This document shows positions 1 to 12,480 of a stretch of 63,874 nucleotides of DNA, one piece after another. Source of the stretch: Mobula birostris (taxonomy: Eukaryota); contig NC_092389.1 of assembly GCF_030028105.1 (NCBI RefSeq), positions 64,748,851-64,812,724 of the forward strand. Direction: 5' to 3'. The stretch's first letter is position 1; the number at the start of each line of letters is the position of its first letter. The translations under genes and the position numbers were made by a program. The notes below the pieces were generated by a model, which was not told where the DNA came from, made no database searches, and saw only the letters and a list, made by a program, of their open reading frames with translations.

Positions 1-90
1 CCACGGTGACAGATTGTGATTAAGTTAATGAATTAATACTTAGACTATTTGTGGGAGTTAGTTTGTCCCAACAAAGGTGTCTGATCAATT
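1..90 (-). promoter_or_regulatory. Homolog of the upstream (promoter) block of GPCR gene 2, minus orientation
   Basis: GACAGATTGTGATTAAGTTAATGAATTAATACTTAGACTATTTGTGGGAGTTAGTTTGTCCCAACAAA aligns with the reverse complement of 43505-43585. Confidence 0.7.
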
Positions 91-129
91 GAATATGCTT
101 CCACTGTAAATCTGCCTTGAGACTCGTCA

Positions 130-1600
130 CAGCTCCAAATCTGCACACACCCCACATGCATGTTAGGTTATCCCAGAGCAAGAATCATTTCACACAATGG
201 CTGTCTCCTTTGGAAAAAAATAACAACAACAAAAAAACTGTGGTCAACGTTCATATTACATTTATTATTAAAGTCTGTGTACATGGGAAAAACCTTGGAT
301 TTGAAACACCTCCAAATGCACCAGGTCCCCGAACTCAGTGTTCACCCCTGAATCCGCCAACACACCCATTCTTCATATATCTGCAAATCGGTGTGCACCC
401 ACAAATCTGTGCTCACCCACAGACCCACATTTAACCCTCAAATCGCTGTGCACCCCCAAAGCAACCGACATCCCAAAATCCCTGTGCACTCACAGATTCA
501 TTTGCATACCCCTAAATCTGTACACATCCGTAAAGCCGCGTGCACCCCAAATCCGTAAGCACCCCCAGATTCACCGACAAATCCCGAAATATGCGCACAC
601 CGCTAAACTGGTGCCTACTCCAATCAGTGGATATATGAGACTATCGCAGAGCAGGAATCATTTCAGACACTTCACAAAACAGCTACCTCCTCCTTAAAAA
701 CAGCAAGAGCAAAGTTTAAATTGCAAACACACGTCCACATGCCTATTCCCCATATAATCATTGACATCCACTTAAATCTGTGCACCTCCCCAAACCCATC
801 CTCACCCCCGTGTCAGTGGGTGCCCCAAAATCCAGTGACACCCCCATATTAGTCAAAACATTCCTAAATCAGCGCAATCCTCAAATCTATGTGCACCCCG
901 AAATCCGTGCTCACCCCAAACCTGACAACAGGCACAAATCTACCAACATACACAGATCCGTGTGCATCCCAAACCCGCTGACTCCCCCACACGCAGATTG
1001 GATTACCTCAGAGCAGGATTCATTTCAACCAATTCTCAAAATATCTGCCTCCAACTTAAAAAAACAATAGCAAGAACAGAAGTCAAAGTTCAGGTTGCAT
1101 TTATTATTAAACTGTGTATCAATGAAACAACCTCGAGATTCAAAACACCTCAAAATCCACCGGGATTCCCATATCTGCAAATCTGTGTGCACTCCCCAAT
1201 CTGTGCACATCCGCAAACCACAACTCAGTGTTCACCCCCAAATCAGTGTGCATCCCCAAATCCATGAGCACCCCAAACCTACCGACACCCCGAAATCCAC
1301 CCACATACCCACATCTGTTCGCACCCCAAACCCGCCGACATCCCCACATTCACATTAAATTATCACAGAGCAAGAATCATTTCAATCACTTTACAAAATC
1401 GCAGCCTCCACCACAAATCAAATAGCAAGAACAAAGCTCAAATTTTGAAGTGCATTTGTTCTTAAAGTATCTATAAATGAAACAGGCTTGAGATTCATTA
1501 CACCGCGAAATCCAATAACTCCCCAAATCCGTGTACATCCCCAAAATCACCGAGACACCCAAATTTGGGCGCAGCCCTAAATACTCCCAAATCCCTGTGC
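130..1600 (+). repeat. Degenerate C/A-rich satellite-like tandem repeat, ~360-470 bp units
   Basis: Anchor AGAGCA(A/G)GA(A/T)TCATTTCA recurs near 175, 648, 1010 and 1367, with CCCCAAATC(T/C)GTG subrepeats between. Further copies lie at ~22005-22380 (+), ~6200-6390 (-) and in repeat copy B. Confidence 0.8.
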
Positions 1601-1604
1601 ACCC

Positions 1605-2348
1605 TCGTGACGGCGTAGCTACTGAGAACACACGGCCATCCTGTCTACTCAACACTCCACTCCCCCGCCTATTCTGTAGCACACAAAAAGGGAACAAACA
1701 GGCCTCTCCCGGAAACCATAAGCCGTTACCTTCTGACAGAACATTGGATCTTTCCAAACAGTGAAGAATTACACAACATCCAAAATTTACTGTGCGTGTC
1801 AACCGTCATCACAGTGCGGGGTGGGGGATGTGGGGACGGGTGGGTGCCGGGCAAAGCGAGCTACAGGAAAGGCAGGGGAAGCGATCGGCAGAACGGGCGA
1901 AAGAGACAATAAGGGAGAGAAGAAGAGCAGTGAATGGGTAGGGTAGGGAGGAATGTGCGGAGGAAAGAGTGGGGCAGCGGGGAAGAGAACGGATAAGGAG
2001 AGGAGGACATAGAGANNNNNNNNNNNNNNNNNNNNNNNNNNNNNNNNNNNNNNNNNNNNNNNNNNNNNNNNNNNNNNNNNNNNNNNNNNNNNNNNNNNNN
2101 NNNNNNNNNNNNNNNNNNNNNNNNNNNNNNNNNNNNNNNNNNNNNNNNNNNNNNNNNNNNNNNNNNNNNNNNNNNNNCTCACCCCTGCCTATTCTGTAGC
2201 ACATAAAAAGTGAACAAACTGGCCTCTCCCAAAAACCACAAGCCTTCATATTCTGAGAGAACATTGCCGCTGTCCAAACAAGAAGAATTATACAACATCA
2301 GACAACTCACATTGCGTGTCAACCGCTATCACAGTGCGGGGTGGGGAG
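1605..2348 (+). repeat. Unclassified dimeric repeat (unit GCCTATTCTGTAGCAC...CATCACAGTGCGGGGTGG plus a GA-rich tract)
   Basis: The unit occurs twice here (~1665 and ~2188), in inverted form at 5030-6074, and again at ~60730-61485. Confidence 0.8.
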
Positions 2349-2490
2349 TCCCAGCAAACCGATTGTCAATTTTCTCTGCACTCTTTCAATTGTGTTGATA
2401 ATTTTCCTGCGGGCAGGTAACAAAAACTGCACGTAGTACCTGAAATTGGGCCTCACCAACGTCTTATACAACTTCAGTGTAATATCCTAT
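2347..2490 (-). mobile_element. Short CR1 RT fragment, inverted duplicate of ~4065-4210
   Basis: The reverse complement reads LYKTLVRP... and shares the same idiosyncratic deletions (GACAATCGGTTTGCTGGGACT) as 4080-4210. Confidence 0.75.
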
Positions 2491-2599
2491 TTCCTAGAGA
2501 TAGCAGTTTCAAAGAAATAGTCTTAAAGTCTTGACTATTAGAAATCAAGCTTCTCCATTGTACATTTTTTTTTTCTGATGTTTTTTATCTGGACGTCTT

Positions 2600-3890
2600 G
2601 TAAAGGTATGGGTGGGCAAGTATGACATTGAATTCATTTTTATGTTTGGAAGATAATAATAGGAAAGCACTGTTAAATATAGGTGTAACGGCAGTATTTC
2701 AAAATTCAAAAGGCAGATGGTATTTATCGAAGGAAAGACTTTTTTTGAAATTATCGAAATGAGGATGGAGGGGGTGATCAACTTTTTCAATTTTACTGTA
2801 TATAGGATGTATTCGGAATAATATGGTCAAGCATTCAGCAAATGGAGAAGGTTTAAACTTTCAGTAGCTACAGGACAAGTTATGTGTTTTACAAACAGGA
2901 TTAATGGACATGCAGTTGATTTGAAATGATCGCGTCAAACTCCTTAAAAGGTGTCTGTGGTAAGATTTCCAGGCATATGGATGGATAATAAGCTGACATG
3001 GAAGTTCCAGATCAGAAAATAATTGATAAATATAAAGAAACATTAAATATTCTTAGTCATCTCTATGGGTATTCTGGGGTGTTACATGAAAATATTTGTT
3101 GAACAATTTTGTTTGTATAACTGGATCTGTTCTTGATCATGGCTGTGGTTTATAGATCAGCTTCATCTTCAAGTTTATTGTGTCTAGACGTGATACAAGC
3201 ACAGGCTTTCAGATCGTGTTGTGGTGCAGTCAGGTCGTCCCCTGTTTCCGCCTTACTGGTTGAAATTGTGGAGGTTGAATTCAGTGTGAACATACTGGAT
3301 TAATTTAAGGGGGGAAGAAATGATCATCCTGTTAAAGATGTGCTGAAGAACTGTTGGAAACTTCACAAGAAGACTGTTTTTGGTTTAGGGTGCCTGGGTT
3401 CTTATCACTCTTGAAATATGGGTTCGTTGGGTTATGCAAAATGTCCCACAGTCGCGTTCTTGGTAACCCCACCTTGTTTCTTTCAATGCCTTTATTTGAT
3501 TATAGGATACAGGATTTAATGAAGTCTAACAATTCTGTTATGCCTGGGAATTTGTTGGTTCAGTATATATTGAGGAAATTATTGAGATAGTTTAACAATT
3601 TTTACAGAAGGATCAATATATAATTTAACTGGGAATGTTGGTGTTGTTGTGATCTGCGTGAATTATAGGTAACAATAGAGAAACGACCTACCAACCATTT
3701 ATCAGGATTTACAACAGAATCTGTTGCAATCATTTCGTGCTTGCAGTGGGTGGAGAAAAATTATCCGTGTAAATTTGTAATTTATTCAGATTCCTTTTCG
3801 GTTTTCAAGATCTTAAAACAGGTTTTACTCGCAGCAGGTCAGATTAACTGCTGGAAACTTAGGAAACGTTATTTCATAGTCAAAGAAATG
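2600..3890 (+). mobile_element. Decayed RNase H-containing non-LTR retrotransposon (I/Nimb-like), RT to RNase H region
   Basis: Remnants IQAQAFRSCCGAVRSSPVSALLVE, TIFTEGS and LQWVEKNYPCKFVIYSDSFSV (RNase H-like) with many stops and frameshifts. Confidence 0.65.
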
Positions 3891-3964
3891 GATTTGGGGT
3901 GCGCACTGATTTGGGGGTGCATGAAGACACGGTGAGCAGTCGGTAGACCGGCGGGATCTGCGAA

Positions 3965-4620
3965 CACAGATTCATAATTACCTGAAGTGGCGTCACAGGT
4001 AGATAGAGTCGAAATGAGAGCTTTTGGCACATTGGACCTTATAAATCAAAGTATTGAGTACAGGAGATGTGATGTTATGTTGAAGTTGTATAAGACGTTG
4101 GTGAGGCCTAATCTGGAGTATTGTGTGTAGTTTTTGTTACCTGCCTGAAGGAAAATTATCAACAAAGTTGAAAGAGTGCAGAGAAAATTGACAATCGGTT
4201 TGCTGGGACTTGAGGAGTCGAGCTTTAGAAAAAGATAAGGACTTCATTTCCTTTAATGTTGGCAAATGAAGGGAGATTTCGCAGATGTAGACAAAATTAT
4301 CAGTGTTGTTGACAGGGTAAATGCAGGCAGGATTGTTCCTCTGAGGTTGGGTGAGATGGAAACTAGAGATCACGGTTTAAGGGTGAGAGGTGAAATATTT
4401 AAGAGGAACCTGAGTGGGAATCTCTTCACTCAGAGGGTGGTGAGGGTGTGGGAAGAGATGTCAGTGGAAGTTATGGATTTCATTGCAGAGAAGTTTGGAT
4501 CAGTACATGGACGGGAGGGTATTGAGGACCACGGTCCAGCTGTGGTTATGGGACTCGGCAAAATAACAATTCGGTACCGACTCAATGGGTAAAGGGGTTT
4601 GTTTCTTTGTTACAGTGCCC
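3965..4620 (+). mobile_element. CR1 LINE 3' fragment
   Basis: LYKTLVRPNLEYCV; TRDHGLRVRGEIFKRNLSGNLFTQRVVRVW, typical of the CR1 ORF2 C-terminus. Confidence 0.85.
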
Positions 4621-4624
4621 TCTC

Positions 4625-4790
4625 ACTCCTGATAAAGTGTAGGTGAATGGGAATTGGTTGGGTCTGTTGTCGGGAAGAAAGTGATGTGCTTTAAGGCTTT
4701 CCTGCTGGGGATAGAAGTGAATAGGTACTGGACATCCATGGTCAATGTGAGGCAATAAGGGGCAGGGATTCTAAAGTTGTTGAAAAGCAT
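4625..4790 (-). mobile_element. Penelope-like RT fragment
   Basis: LTMDVQYLFTSIPSRKALK resembles the PLE RT motif (MDVxSLYTxIP). Confidence 0.6.
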
Positions 4791-5029
4791 ACAGATACAG
4801 ACACCCACATGCACANNNNNNNNNNNNNNNNNNNNNNNNNNNNNNNNNNNNNNNNNNNNNNNNNNNNNNNNNNNNNNNNNNNNNNNNNNNNNNNNNNNNN
4901 NNNNNNNNNNNNNNNNNNNNNNNNNNNNNNNNNNNNNNNNNNNNNNNNNNNNNNNNNNNNNNNNNNNNNNNNNNNNNNNNNNNNNNNNNNNNNNNNNNNN
5001 NNNNNATTCACCCCGCTTCCCATAAATTG

Positions 5030-6074
5030 CTCGCTCCTCCTCCTTGACTCAAACTCTGCCCGCTCCCCGGCACCATTTTCACCCCTTCCCACTCTCGCCA
5101 CCTCCTATTCCCCGTTCCCTCATCGTCTCCCTCTCTCCCACTCCGTCTTCCTTTCTCTTCCTCCTCTCCCCTCACCTATTTTATTCTCTTCCACACTCTC
5201 CTTCTCTCTCTACACCCTTCATCCGTTCCCATCCCCACTGCCACACTCCTTCCTCCACACATTCTACCCTCCCCTACCCACTCACTCCCCTTCTTCTTTC
5301 CATTTTGTCTCCTTCTCCCTTTCTACCCAACGCTTTGCCTGCCTCTCGCCTGCGTTCCAATTCCTCCTCTGCTGCAGCTCGCTTTCCCCGCCACCCTCCC
5401 GTCCCCACCCTCACCCCGCACTGTGATGACGGTTAACACACACAGTGAATTGTCTGATGTTGTGTAATTCTTCGTTGTTTGCACAGCGACAATGTTCTCT
5501 CGGAACATGAAGTCTTGTGGTTTCCGGGAGAGGCCAGTTTGCTCCCTTTTTGTGTGCTACAGAATAGGCGGGGGAGGGGAGTGTGGAGGAGAGAGGAGAG
5601 AGACTAAATATATATATATAGCCTCAATCTCTTTCTCTCTGTCCTCCTCTCTTTATCCGTTCTCTTCCCCACTCCCCCACTCTTTCCTCCACACATTCCT
5701 CCCTACCCTACCCACTCAGTGCCCTTCTTCTCTCCCTTGTTGTCTCTTTCTTCCGTTCTGCCGAACGCTTCGCCTGCCGCTCGCCTTCTCCCTAATTCCC
5801 CCTTTTCTGTAGCTCGTTTTGCCCGGCGCCTACCCGTCCCCACATCCCCCACCTCCAGCCCGCACTGTGATGACGGTTACCACGCATGCTGAATTATAGA
5901 GCTTGTAAAATTATTCACTGTTTGGAAAGTTCTAATGTTCTCTCAGAAAATAACGGCTTGTGGTTTCCGGGAGAGGCCGGTTCGTTCCTCTTTTGTGCGC
6001 TACAGAACAGGCGCGGGTGGGGAGTGTGGAGTAGACAGGATAGCCGTGTGTTCTCAGTAGCTACGCCGTCACGA
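5030..6074 (-). repeat. Inverted copy of the 1605-2348 dimeric repeat
   Basis: The reverse complement begins TCGTGACGGCGTAGCTACTGAGAACACACGG, matching 1606, and follows both units. Confidence 0.85.
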
Positions 6075-6410
6075 CAACGACCGAGCGCCGTCTGCGAGCT
6101 GGTCTCTGACACAAACACACAGACACACAAAAAGACGGACAGACACAGACGAAGACGCATATAAACACACAGAGATGCAGACATACAGAAACACTTTAAA
6201 AATGAATGCAATTTGCATTTTGAACCTTTGAAGATGGAGGCACCTATTTTGTGAACTGTTTGAAATGATTCTTGCTCTGAGATAATGTAATGTGCATGTT
6301 GGGGAGACAGCGGGTTTGGGGGTGCACATGGAAATTGGGCTGCACATTGATTTGCGAGTGTGCGAAGGTTTCAGGGTATGTTTGTGAATATCGGTCACCC
6401 CGTTGTCTAG

Positions 6411-9400
6411 TATTCTGTAAAGGTATCTCCTTTGAGGCCCATTATCCTAACAGTCTTGCTGTAATTCTTAACCACCAACCCCTTTGCTTCTGATTTGCGA
6501 GGTGGAAGGTGCTTATCCACAGTAGAAATTTTAACAGATTTTGTAACTGAACCTCTATGTGTAGGGACAAATAAGAAGTGAACATATAAAACAGTACTTT
6601 GTGTAGGAAATAATTTTTGGTGAGTTTTCAACAGTAAATCTGTCCTACTGCGAGAATTACCTGACTTAAGACTCTTCAAAATGGAAAAAGGATCTGAACA
6701 AATGACAACATTACATGAACAAATTTCCACCACCCATTGTACAGGTCAAGTACAGGTCTATTAATCCTGTTTATAAAACACATGACTTGTGCTTTTTTCC
6801 CCACTGAAAGCTTAAATCCCGTCTATTTGCCGACTGTTCGACCTTATTAATTGTTAATTGCGTCCTATATAGGGTAAAATTGAAATTTCTACATGCAATC
6901 CATAAACCTCCATCATCTACCGATAGTAATTTACACACCCCAGAACCAATCTCAGAGAAAACATTATTACTCATAATATGAAATAATAACTACTATCTTG
7001 TGGGGTCACAATCTCTGTCTTATAGAACCCGAATATAACTTGCCCACCCGTACCTAAACAGGATGTCCTAATTTTAAAAAAAAGTCAGAAAATAATTATT
7101 CATTTGTTCCCTCAAACGCGTTTCCAAAATATAATCAAAAGTCTGTCCTTCCATGAATATCATCTGCCTTTTCAATATCAAAATATTTTGCTATTACAAT
7201 ATCTATCTATCTACATATACTGAATCCAATGTTATTCTACCCTCTGATATCCACTCTGATAAAACGCAAATCCACCTCTGAGGGAGAAAGAAACCGGGGA
7301 ATTATAGACCGTTTAGCCTAACGTCGGTGGTGGGGAAACTGCTGGAGTCATTTATCAAAGATGTGATATCTGCACATTTGGAAAGTGGTGAAATGATCGG
7401 ACAAAGTCAGCATGGATTTGTGAAAGGAAAATCATGCCTGACGAATCTCACAGAATTTTTTGAGGATGTAACTAGTAGAGTGGATAGGGGAGAACCAGTG
7501 GATGTGGTACATTTGGATTTTCAAAAGGCTTTTGACAAGGTCCCACACAGGAGATTAGTGTGCAAACTTAAAGCACACGGTATTGGGGGTAAGGTATTGG
7601 TGTGGGTGGAGAATTGGTTGGCAGACAGGAAGCAAAGAGTGGGAATAAACGGGACCTTTTCAGAATGGCAGGCGGTGACTAGTGGGGTACCGCAAGGCTC
7701 AGTGCTGGGACCCCAGTTGTTTACAATATATATTAATGACTTGGATGAGGGAATTAAATGCAGCATCTCCAAGTTTGCGGATGACACGAAGCTGGGTGGC
7801 AGTGTTAGCTGTGAGGAGGATGCTAAGAGGATGCAGGGTGACTTGGATAGGTTGGGTGAGTGGGCAAATTCATGGCAGATGAAATTTAATGTGGATAAAT
7901 GTGAAGTTGCCACTTTGGTGGCAAAAATGGGAAAACAGATTATTATCTGAATGGTGGCCGATTAGGAAAAGGGGAGGTGCAACGAGACCTGGGTGCCATT
8001 ATACACCAGTCATTGAAAGTGGGCATGCAGGTACAGCAGCCGGTGAAAAAGGCGAATGGTATGCTGGCATTTATAGCGAGAGGATTCGAGTACAGGAGCA
8101 GGGAGGTACTACTGCAGTTGTACAAGGCCTTAGTGAGACCACACCTGGAGTATTGTGTGCAGTTTTGGTCCCCTAATGTGAGGAAAGACATCCTTGCCAT
8201 AGAGGGAGTACAGAGAAGGTTCGCCAGATTGATTCCTGGGATGGCAGGACTTTCATATGAAGAAAGACTGGATGAACTGGGCTTGTACTCGTTGGAATTT
8301 AGAAGATTGAGGGGGGATCTGATTGAAACGTATAAGATCCTAAAGGGATTGGACAGGCTAGATGCAGGAAGATTGTTCCCGATGTTGGGGAAGTCCAGAA
8401 CGAGGGGCGACAGTTTGCGGATAGAGGGGAAGCCTTTTAGGACCGAGATTAGGAAAAACTTCTTCACACAGAGAGTGGTGAATCTGTGGAATTCTCTGCC
8501 ACAGGAATCATTGGCTATATTTAAGAGGGAGTTAGATATGGCCCTTGTGGCTACGGGCGTCAGGGAGTATGCAGGGAAGGCTGGGGCGGGGTTCTGAGTT
8601 GGATGATCAGCCATGATCATAATAAATGGCGGTGCAGGCTCGAAGGGCCGAATGGCCTACTCCTGCACCTATTTTCTATGTTTCTATGTTTCTGTTTTCC
8701 AAAATACCGTTCATGCGTTCGATTACCATAAATTACATACGTCTACATAAATGAGACCTAACGATAGTGGCCTATAACTAGAAGGATCAGACCGGGAGCT
8801 CCCAGGTTTTGGAACAGGCACTACTACAACCACTACTTTCCCGGAGACGTCTCAACTGCCAATCCCTTCAGATATGATCGCAATATAACCTCCAGAAACC
8901 CTTTATCGAAATCTTCACCTCTTTCCTCAACACGGCCTGTGTCCTTTTATACTGAATAAGTTCACTCTGAGATTGATACATTTCACTTCCCTAAATTCCT
9001 TATTTCTCTCCCTAATTGCCTCTGCACACTCCTCAGTCCGCCATGGTACAGCCATTCTCCTATTAATTCCGTTTGTAATGGGAATCATTTCCAACGCAGT
9101 TTGCTGAATAACGTGACATAACCTTTCATTGTAAAAATACACATCTTCGTCCACATTCTGTAGCAGTTCCAAAACTATTGTGAACATTAAATCTCGTACC
9201 CATTCAGACAGAGAAGTAGAAAAACCCTTCTTCAATTAAACCATTACCATCATACGGCAATCCACCCCACAGTAAACTATGTGCGTTAAAATCCCCACAA
9301 CATACAACCCTTGGTGAGTGAGAACTACATACATTTTCTCACAAATCAACAGAAAGTTTTCACAAGGGTTGTAAAAAATAATCACTTTTATACACCTACC

Positions 9401-9990
9401 TGTTGAATCAAATATTTCTACAAAAAATTCGTTATCCATTTCATTGACCTCCGCAACTCTATACCCCGCTACTTGCCTTATAAAACTAGCCACCCCTCTA
9501 CTAACTAACCTGTCACGCCGAACAACAATATATTCGTGCACGAAAAAAACAACTTAAAATGTGCAAATGACCAGGTGCCAGAATACATATAACATCGGGA
9601 GCATCTGAGAAATCAGAAATAAATTATTTAAAGTCTTGAACATTATAAATCTGGCTTCTCGCATTCCACTGCAATATTTCAATCCCATTATGTACCTTCA
9701 CAGGTCGACTGGGACACAGATACCCCACCCATCATTCAATTACAGCTCCCCACATAACACCAGTTACACCAAGATACCTTTCTGCAGCTTTCAAAATAAA
9801 TGTATTTTCCTCAGTAGGACAAGATATCTGATCAGTACAATTCACCACAATCGTTATAAACATCACAAACTTAATTTTATCCAGTACCTTTAGTGAGAGA
9901 ACTGTGATGACGTCATATATCCACTGCCGTTATATTCTGTTCTCTGACTTGGAACACTTAATCACCTTTCGCTTTAACTGTTTGCAAGGC
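6411..9990 (-). mobile_element. Decayed RNase H-containing LINE (I/Nimb-like), interrupted by the CR1 at 7280-8694
   Basis: Endonuclease start ILQWNARS...FISDFSDAPDVIC, PWRTEECAEAIRERNK and RNase H VICSDPFSILKSL...FLFVPTHRG. Confidence 0.7.
7280..8694 (+). mobile_element. Young 5'-truncated CR1 LINE (RT domain, one frameshift)
   Basis: ORFs 7327-7950 and 7977-8597 carry QHGF, LDFQKAFDKV, GVPQGSVLGP, FADD and RPHLEYC. The 3' tail is (TTTCTATG)n. The element is absent at the homologous site of the right arm (~55790-55810). Confidence 0.95.
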
Positions 9991-10349
9991 TGCCTGACGT
10001 TTATATTAACTATTCATCATGTGAGATCTCATTTGACCGACAGACATCTTAGCCAGTGAAAGAAAGGGATAGACGTGGTTTGAGCTACGATAGGTCGGCT
10101 GGAACTCTGCCCCATACTCAGCCCTTCATCTTTCGCCCCATCGCCATGTCGGAGTGCAGCGAGTTTCTGCTGTCGGTGGTCGCCGGCCTCCGTGCCCACA
10201 AGGACGGCCGTGGTTCTCCTTCAACACCTTTGTGAATCCGGTTCGGCGATGTGTGTAGTATCTGGGGAGAAATGTTTTTGCAGGGAGCCAGTGATGAAGC
10301 GCGGTCTCATGACTACAACTCCCAGAAGGCCCCGCTGATGACACAGAAG

Positions 10350-11217
10350 TTAAGGGTGTTGTGGAGAGTCTGGAGGGTTGTCAGAGATCACAGCGGGAAA
10401 TACATAGGATGCAGAACTAGACTGAGGGGCGGAAGATGGAGTTCAACCCAGATACGTGTGAAATGGTTCATTTCGACAGGTCAATTTTGAACACAGAATA
10501 TAATATTAATGGTAAGACTCTTCGCAGTGTGGAGGATCAGAGAGTTCTTGCGGTCCGTGTTCATACGACACTCAAAGCTGCTGCGCAGGTTGCCAGTGTT
10601 GTTAAGAAGGCTTCTGGTCTGATGGCCTTCATCAACCGTGGGACTGAGTTCAAGAGCTGTGAGGGAATGTTGAGTCTCTGTAAATCCTTAGTTAGACCCC
10701 ACTTGGAGTATTGTGTTCAGTTCTGGTCACTTCATTACAGGAAGGATGTGGATACTTTCGAGGTAGTACAGAGGAGCTTTACAGGGATGTTGTTTGGATT
10801 GGAGAGCATGCCACATGAGAATAGCCTGAGTGATCTTGGACCTTTTCCCTTGGAGCGATGGAGGATGAGACGTATCCAGATGGAGGTGTATCAGATGATG
10901 AGAGGTTTTGACCATATGGATAGCCAGAGGCATTTACTAACACGAGGGGACATAGTTTTAAGGTGTTTGGAAATGGGTATCGAGGGGGCGTCAAGTATCA
11001 GTTTTTCACTCAGGGTTTGGCTGTGTGCAATGCACTGCCTGCGGCGGTGGTAGAGGCGGATGCAATAGGATATTTTACAATAGGTACATGGAGCTTAGAA
11101 TCATAGAGGGCTAAACGATAGGGAAATCCAAGGCGGTTTCTAGTGTAGGTTACATGATCGACACAGCATTGTGGTCTGAAGGGCCTGTAATGTGCTGTAG
11201 ATTTCTATGTTCTATGT
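10350..11217 (+). mobile_element. CR1 LINE 3' fragment
   Basis: ORF 10436-11053 (MEFNPDTCE...LVRPHLEYCVQFWS) and tail TTTCTATGTTCTATG. Confidence 0.9.
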
Positions 11218-11479
11218 CAAAGGCAGGCAGAGGGTTTAGTTTAAATGGACACCAGGACAGCAAGGAAAGGATAGGCCGAAGTGCCCGTTTCAGTGCAAGA
11301 ATGGAGGGGTTCTGCCCCAAAGATCGACTCTATTCCCCTCAACAGATGCTGCCTGACTTCACAATGTCCTTGAAAAGTTGCATTCAGTTCTGCTTGGCAT
11401 TCTATCCAAAGGATGTTTTGTGCTGGATTTCAGCAGAGGAGACTCGTCAAGATTGACGTGGCTTGCGTCCAAAAAAGCC

Positions 11480-12480
11480 ATAAGTCATAGGAGCAGAATT
11501 AGGCCATTCAGCCCATCGAGTCTGCTGCCTTTCAGTCATGGCTGTATCCAGAATCGCACTCAACCCCACACACCTGACCTTCTCGCCATATCATTTAACG
11601 CCCTGACCGATCAGGAAACGAGCAACTTCGGTCTTAAATGTACCCATAGAAATGACGTCCACCGGAGTCTGTGGCAGAGTATTCCACAGGTCCAATTCAA
11701 ACTATTTAATAATCAAAATAATACCCTCCTCACCTTTGTTTGAAGAGGTGGCCCCTCAAATTTGTAGTTGCTCCCTCTAGTTCTTGGTATCCCCATAACC
11801 GGAATTAGCATGTCCACATCCACCTTATCTCGTTCTTTTAACATTCGGTAGGTTGGAATGAGATCCCCTCCACCCCCTCCCCCAGCCGCCATTCTACTGA
11901 TTCCAGTGAGTACAGGCCCAAAGCTGACAAACACCCCTCATATGTTACCCTCTTCATTCCCGAATCATCCTTGTGGACCTCCTTTGGACTCTCTCCAACG
12001 GCAGTACATCCTTTCTGAGGTACGTGGCCCAAAACGGTTGACAATACTCCAACTGCGGCCTGACTGGATACTTCTGAAGGATCAGCGTTATCCCCTTGCT
12101 GTTATATTCATTGGGTGAGATTGGACAGTATTGATCTACAGAGGGATCTTGCAATCCAAGTTCATAATTCCCAGCTAGTGTTTCCAGTGTCAGGCAGTTA
12201 GGTTGCAGTTGTATAAATCTCTAGTTTAAACACATCTGGAGATCTGCATTATAATATCGTAACAACACGGAGGTTTCGGATGATGATTAGAAGAGGTTTA
12301 ACAGGATGCCGCCTGGATAAGAGAAGACTGGACAATATAAGGGAATTTTCTCTAGAGTGGCAGAGGCAGAGGGAGGTCTGACAGACGTTTACAGGAATGT
12401 GAGAGGTGCAGACAGGGTGGACACCGGGCATTTTTTTCTCCAAGGAGGACATGTCTAATACCACCGAGCATGTACTTCAG
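11480..12480 (-). mobile_element. Mixed decayed CR1 fragments (mostly minus strand)
   Basis: VRPQLEYCQPFWATYLRKDVLPLERVQRR on the minus strand, a CR1 3'UTR-type sequence at ~11480-11560, and a short plus-strand CR1 piece near 12190-12480. Confidence 0.7.

Larger units (their letters stand above)
1..4814 (+). repeat. Segmental direct repeat, copy A (copy B at 59120-63874)
   Basis: Position 1 CCACGGTGACAGATT matches 59120. Colinear similarity runs to ...ACACCCACATGCA (4814 / 63874). ORF-track peptides recur nearly identically (e.g. 338-697 vs 59459-59818; 4266-4592 vs 63327-63653). Confidence 0.97.

Noticed and set aside
117-1800. Many short Pro/His/Thr-rich ORFs (and similar ORFs over microsatellites, LTR subrepeats and N runs)
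   Set aside because: Low-complexity repeat translations without domain signatures or splice support.
1809-1816. CACAGTG heptamers (also ~2330, ~5441, ~28502) suggesting V(D)J recombination signals
   Set aside because: No ACAAAAACC nonamer at 12/23-bp spacing and no Ig/TCR segments in the window.
5960-5996. Pol III B-box-like GGTTCGTTCC followed by a T-run in the dimeric repeat
   Set aside because: Not conserved in the other copies and no tRNA fold is evident.
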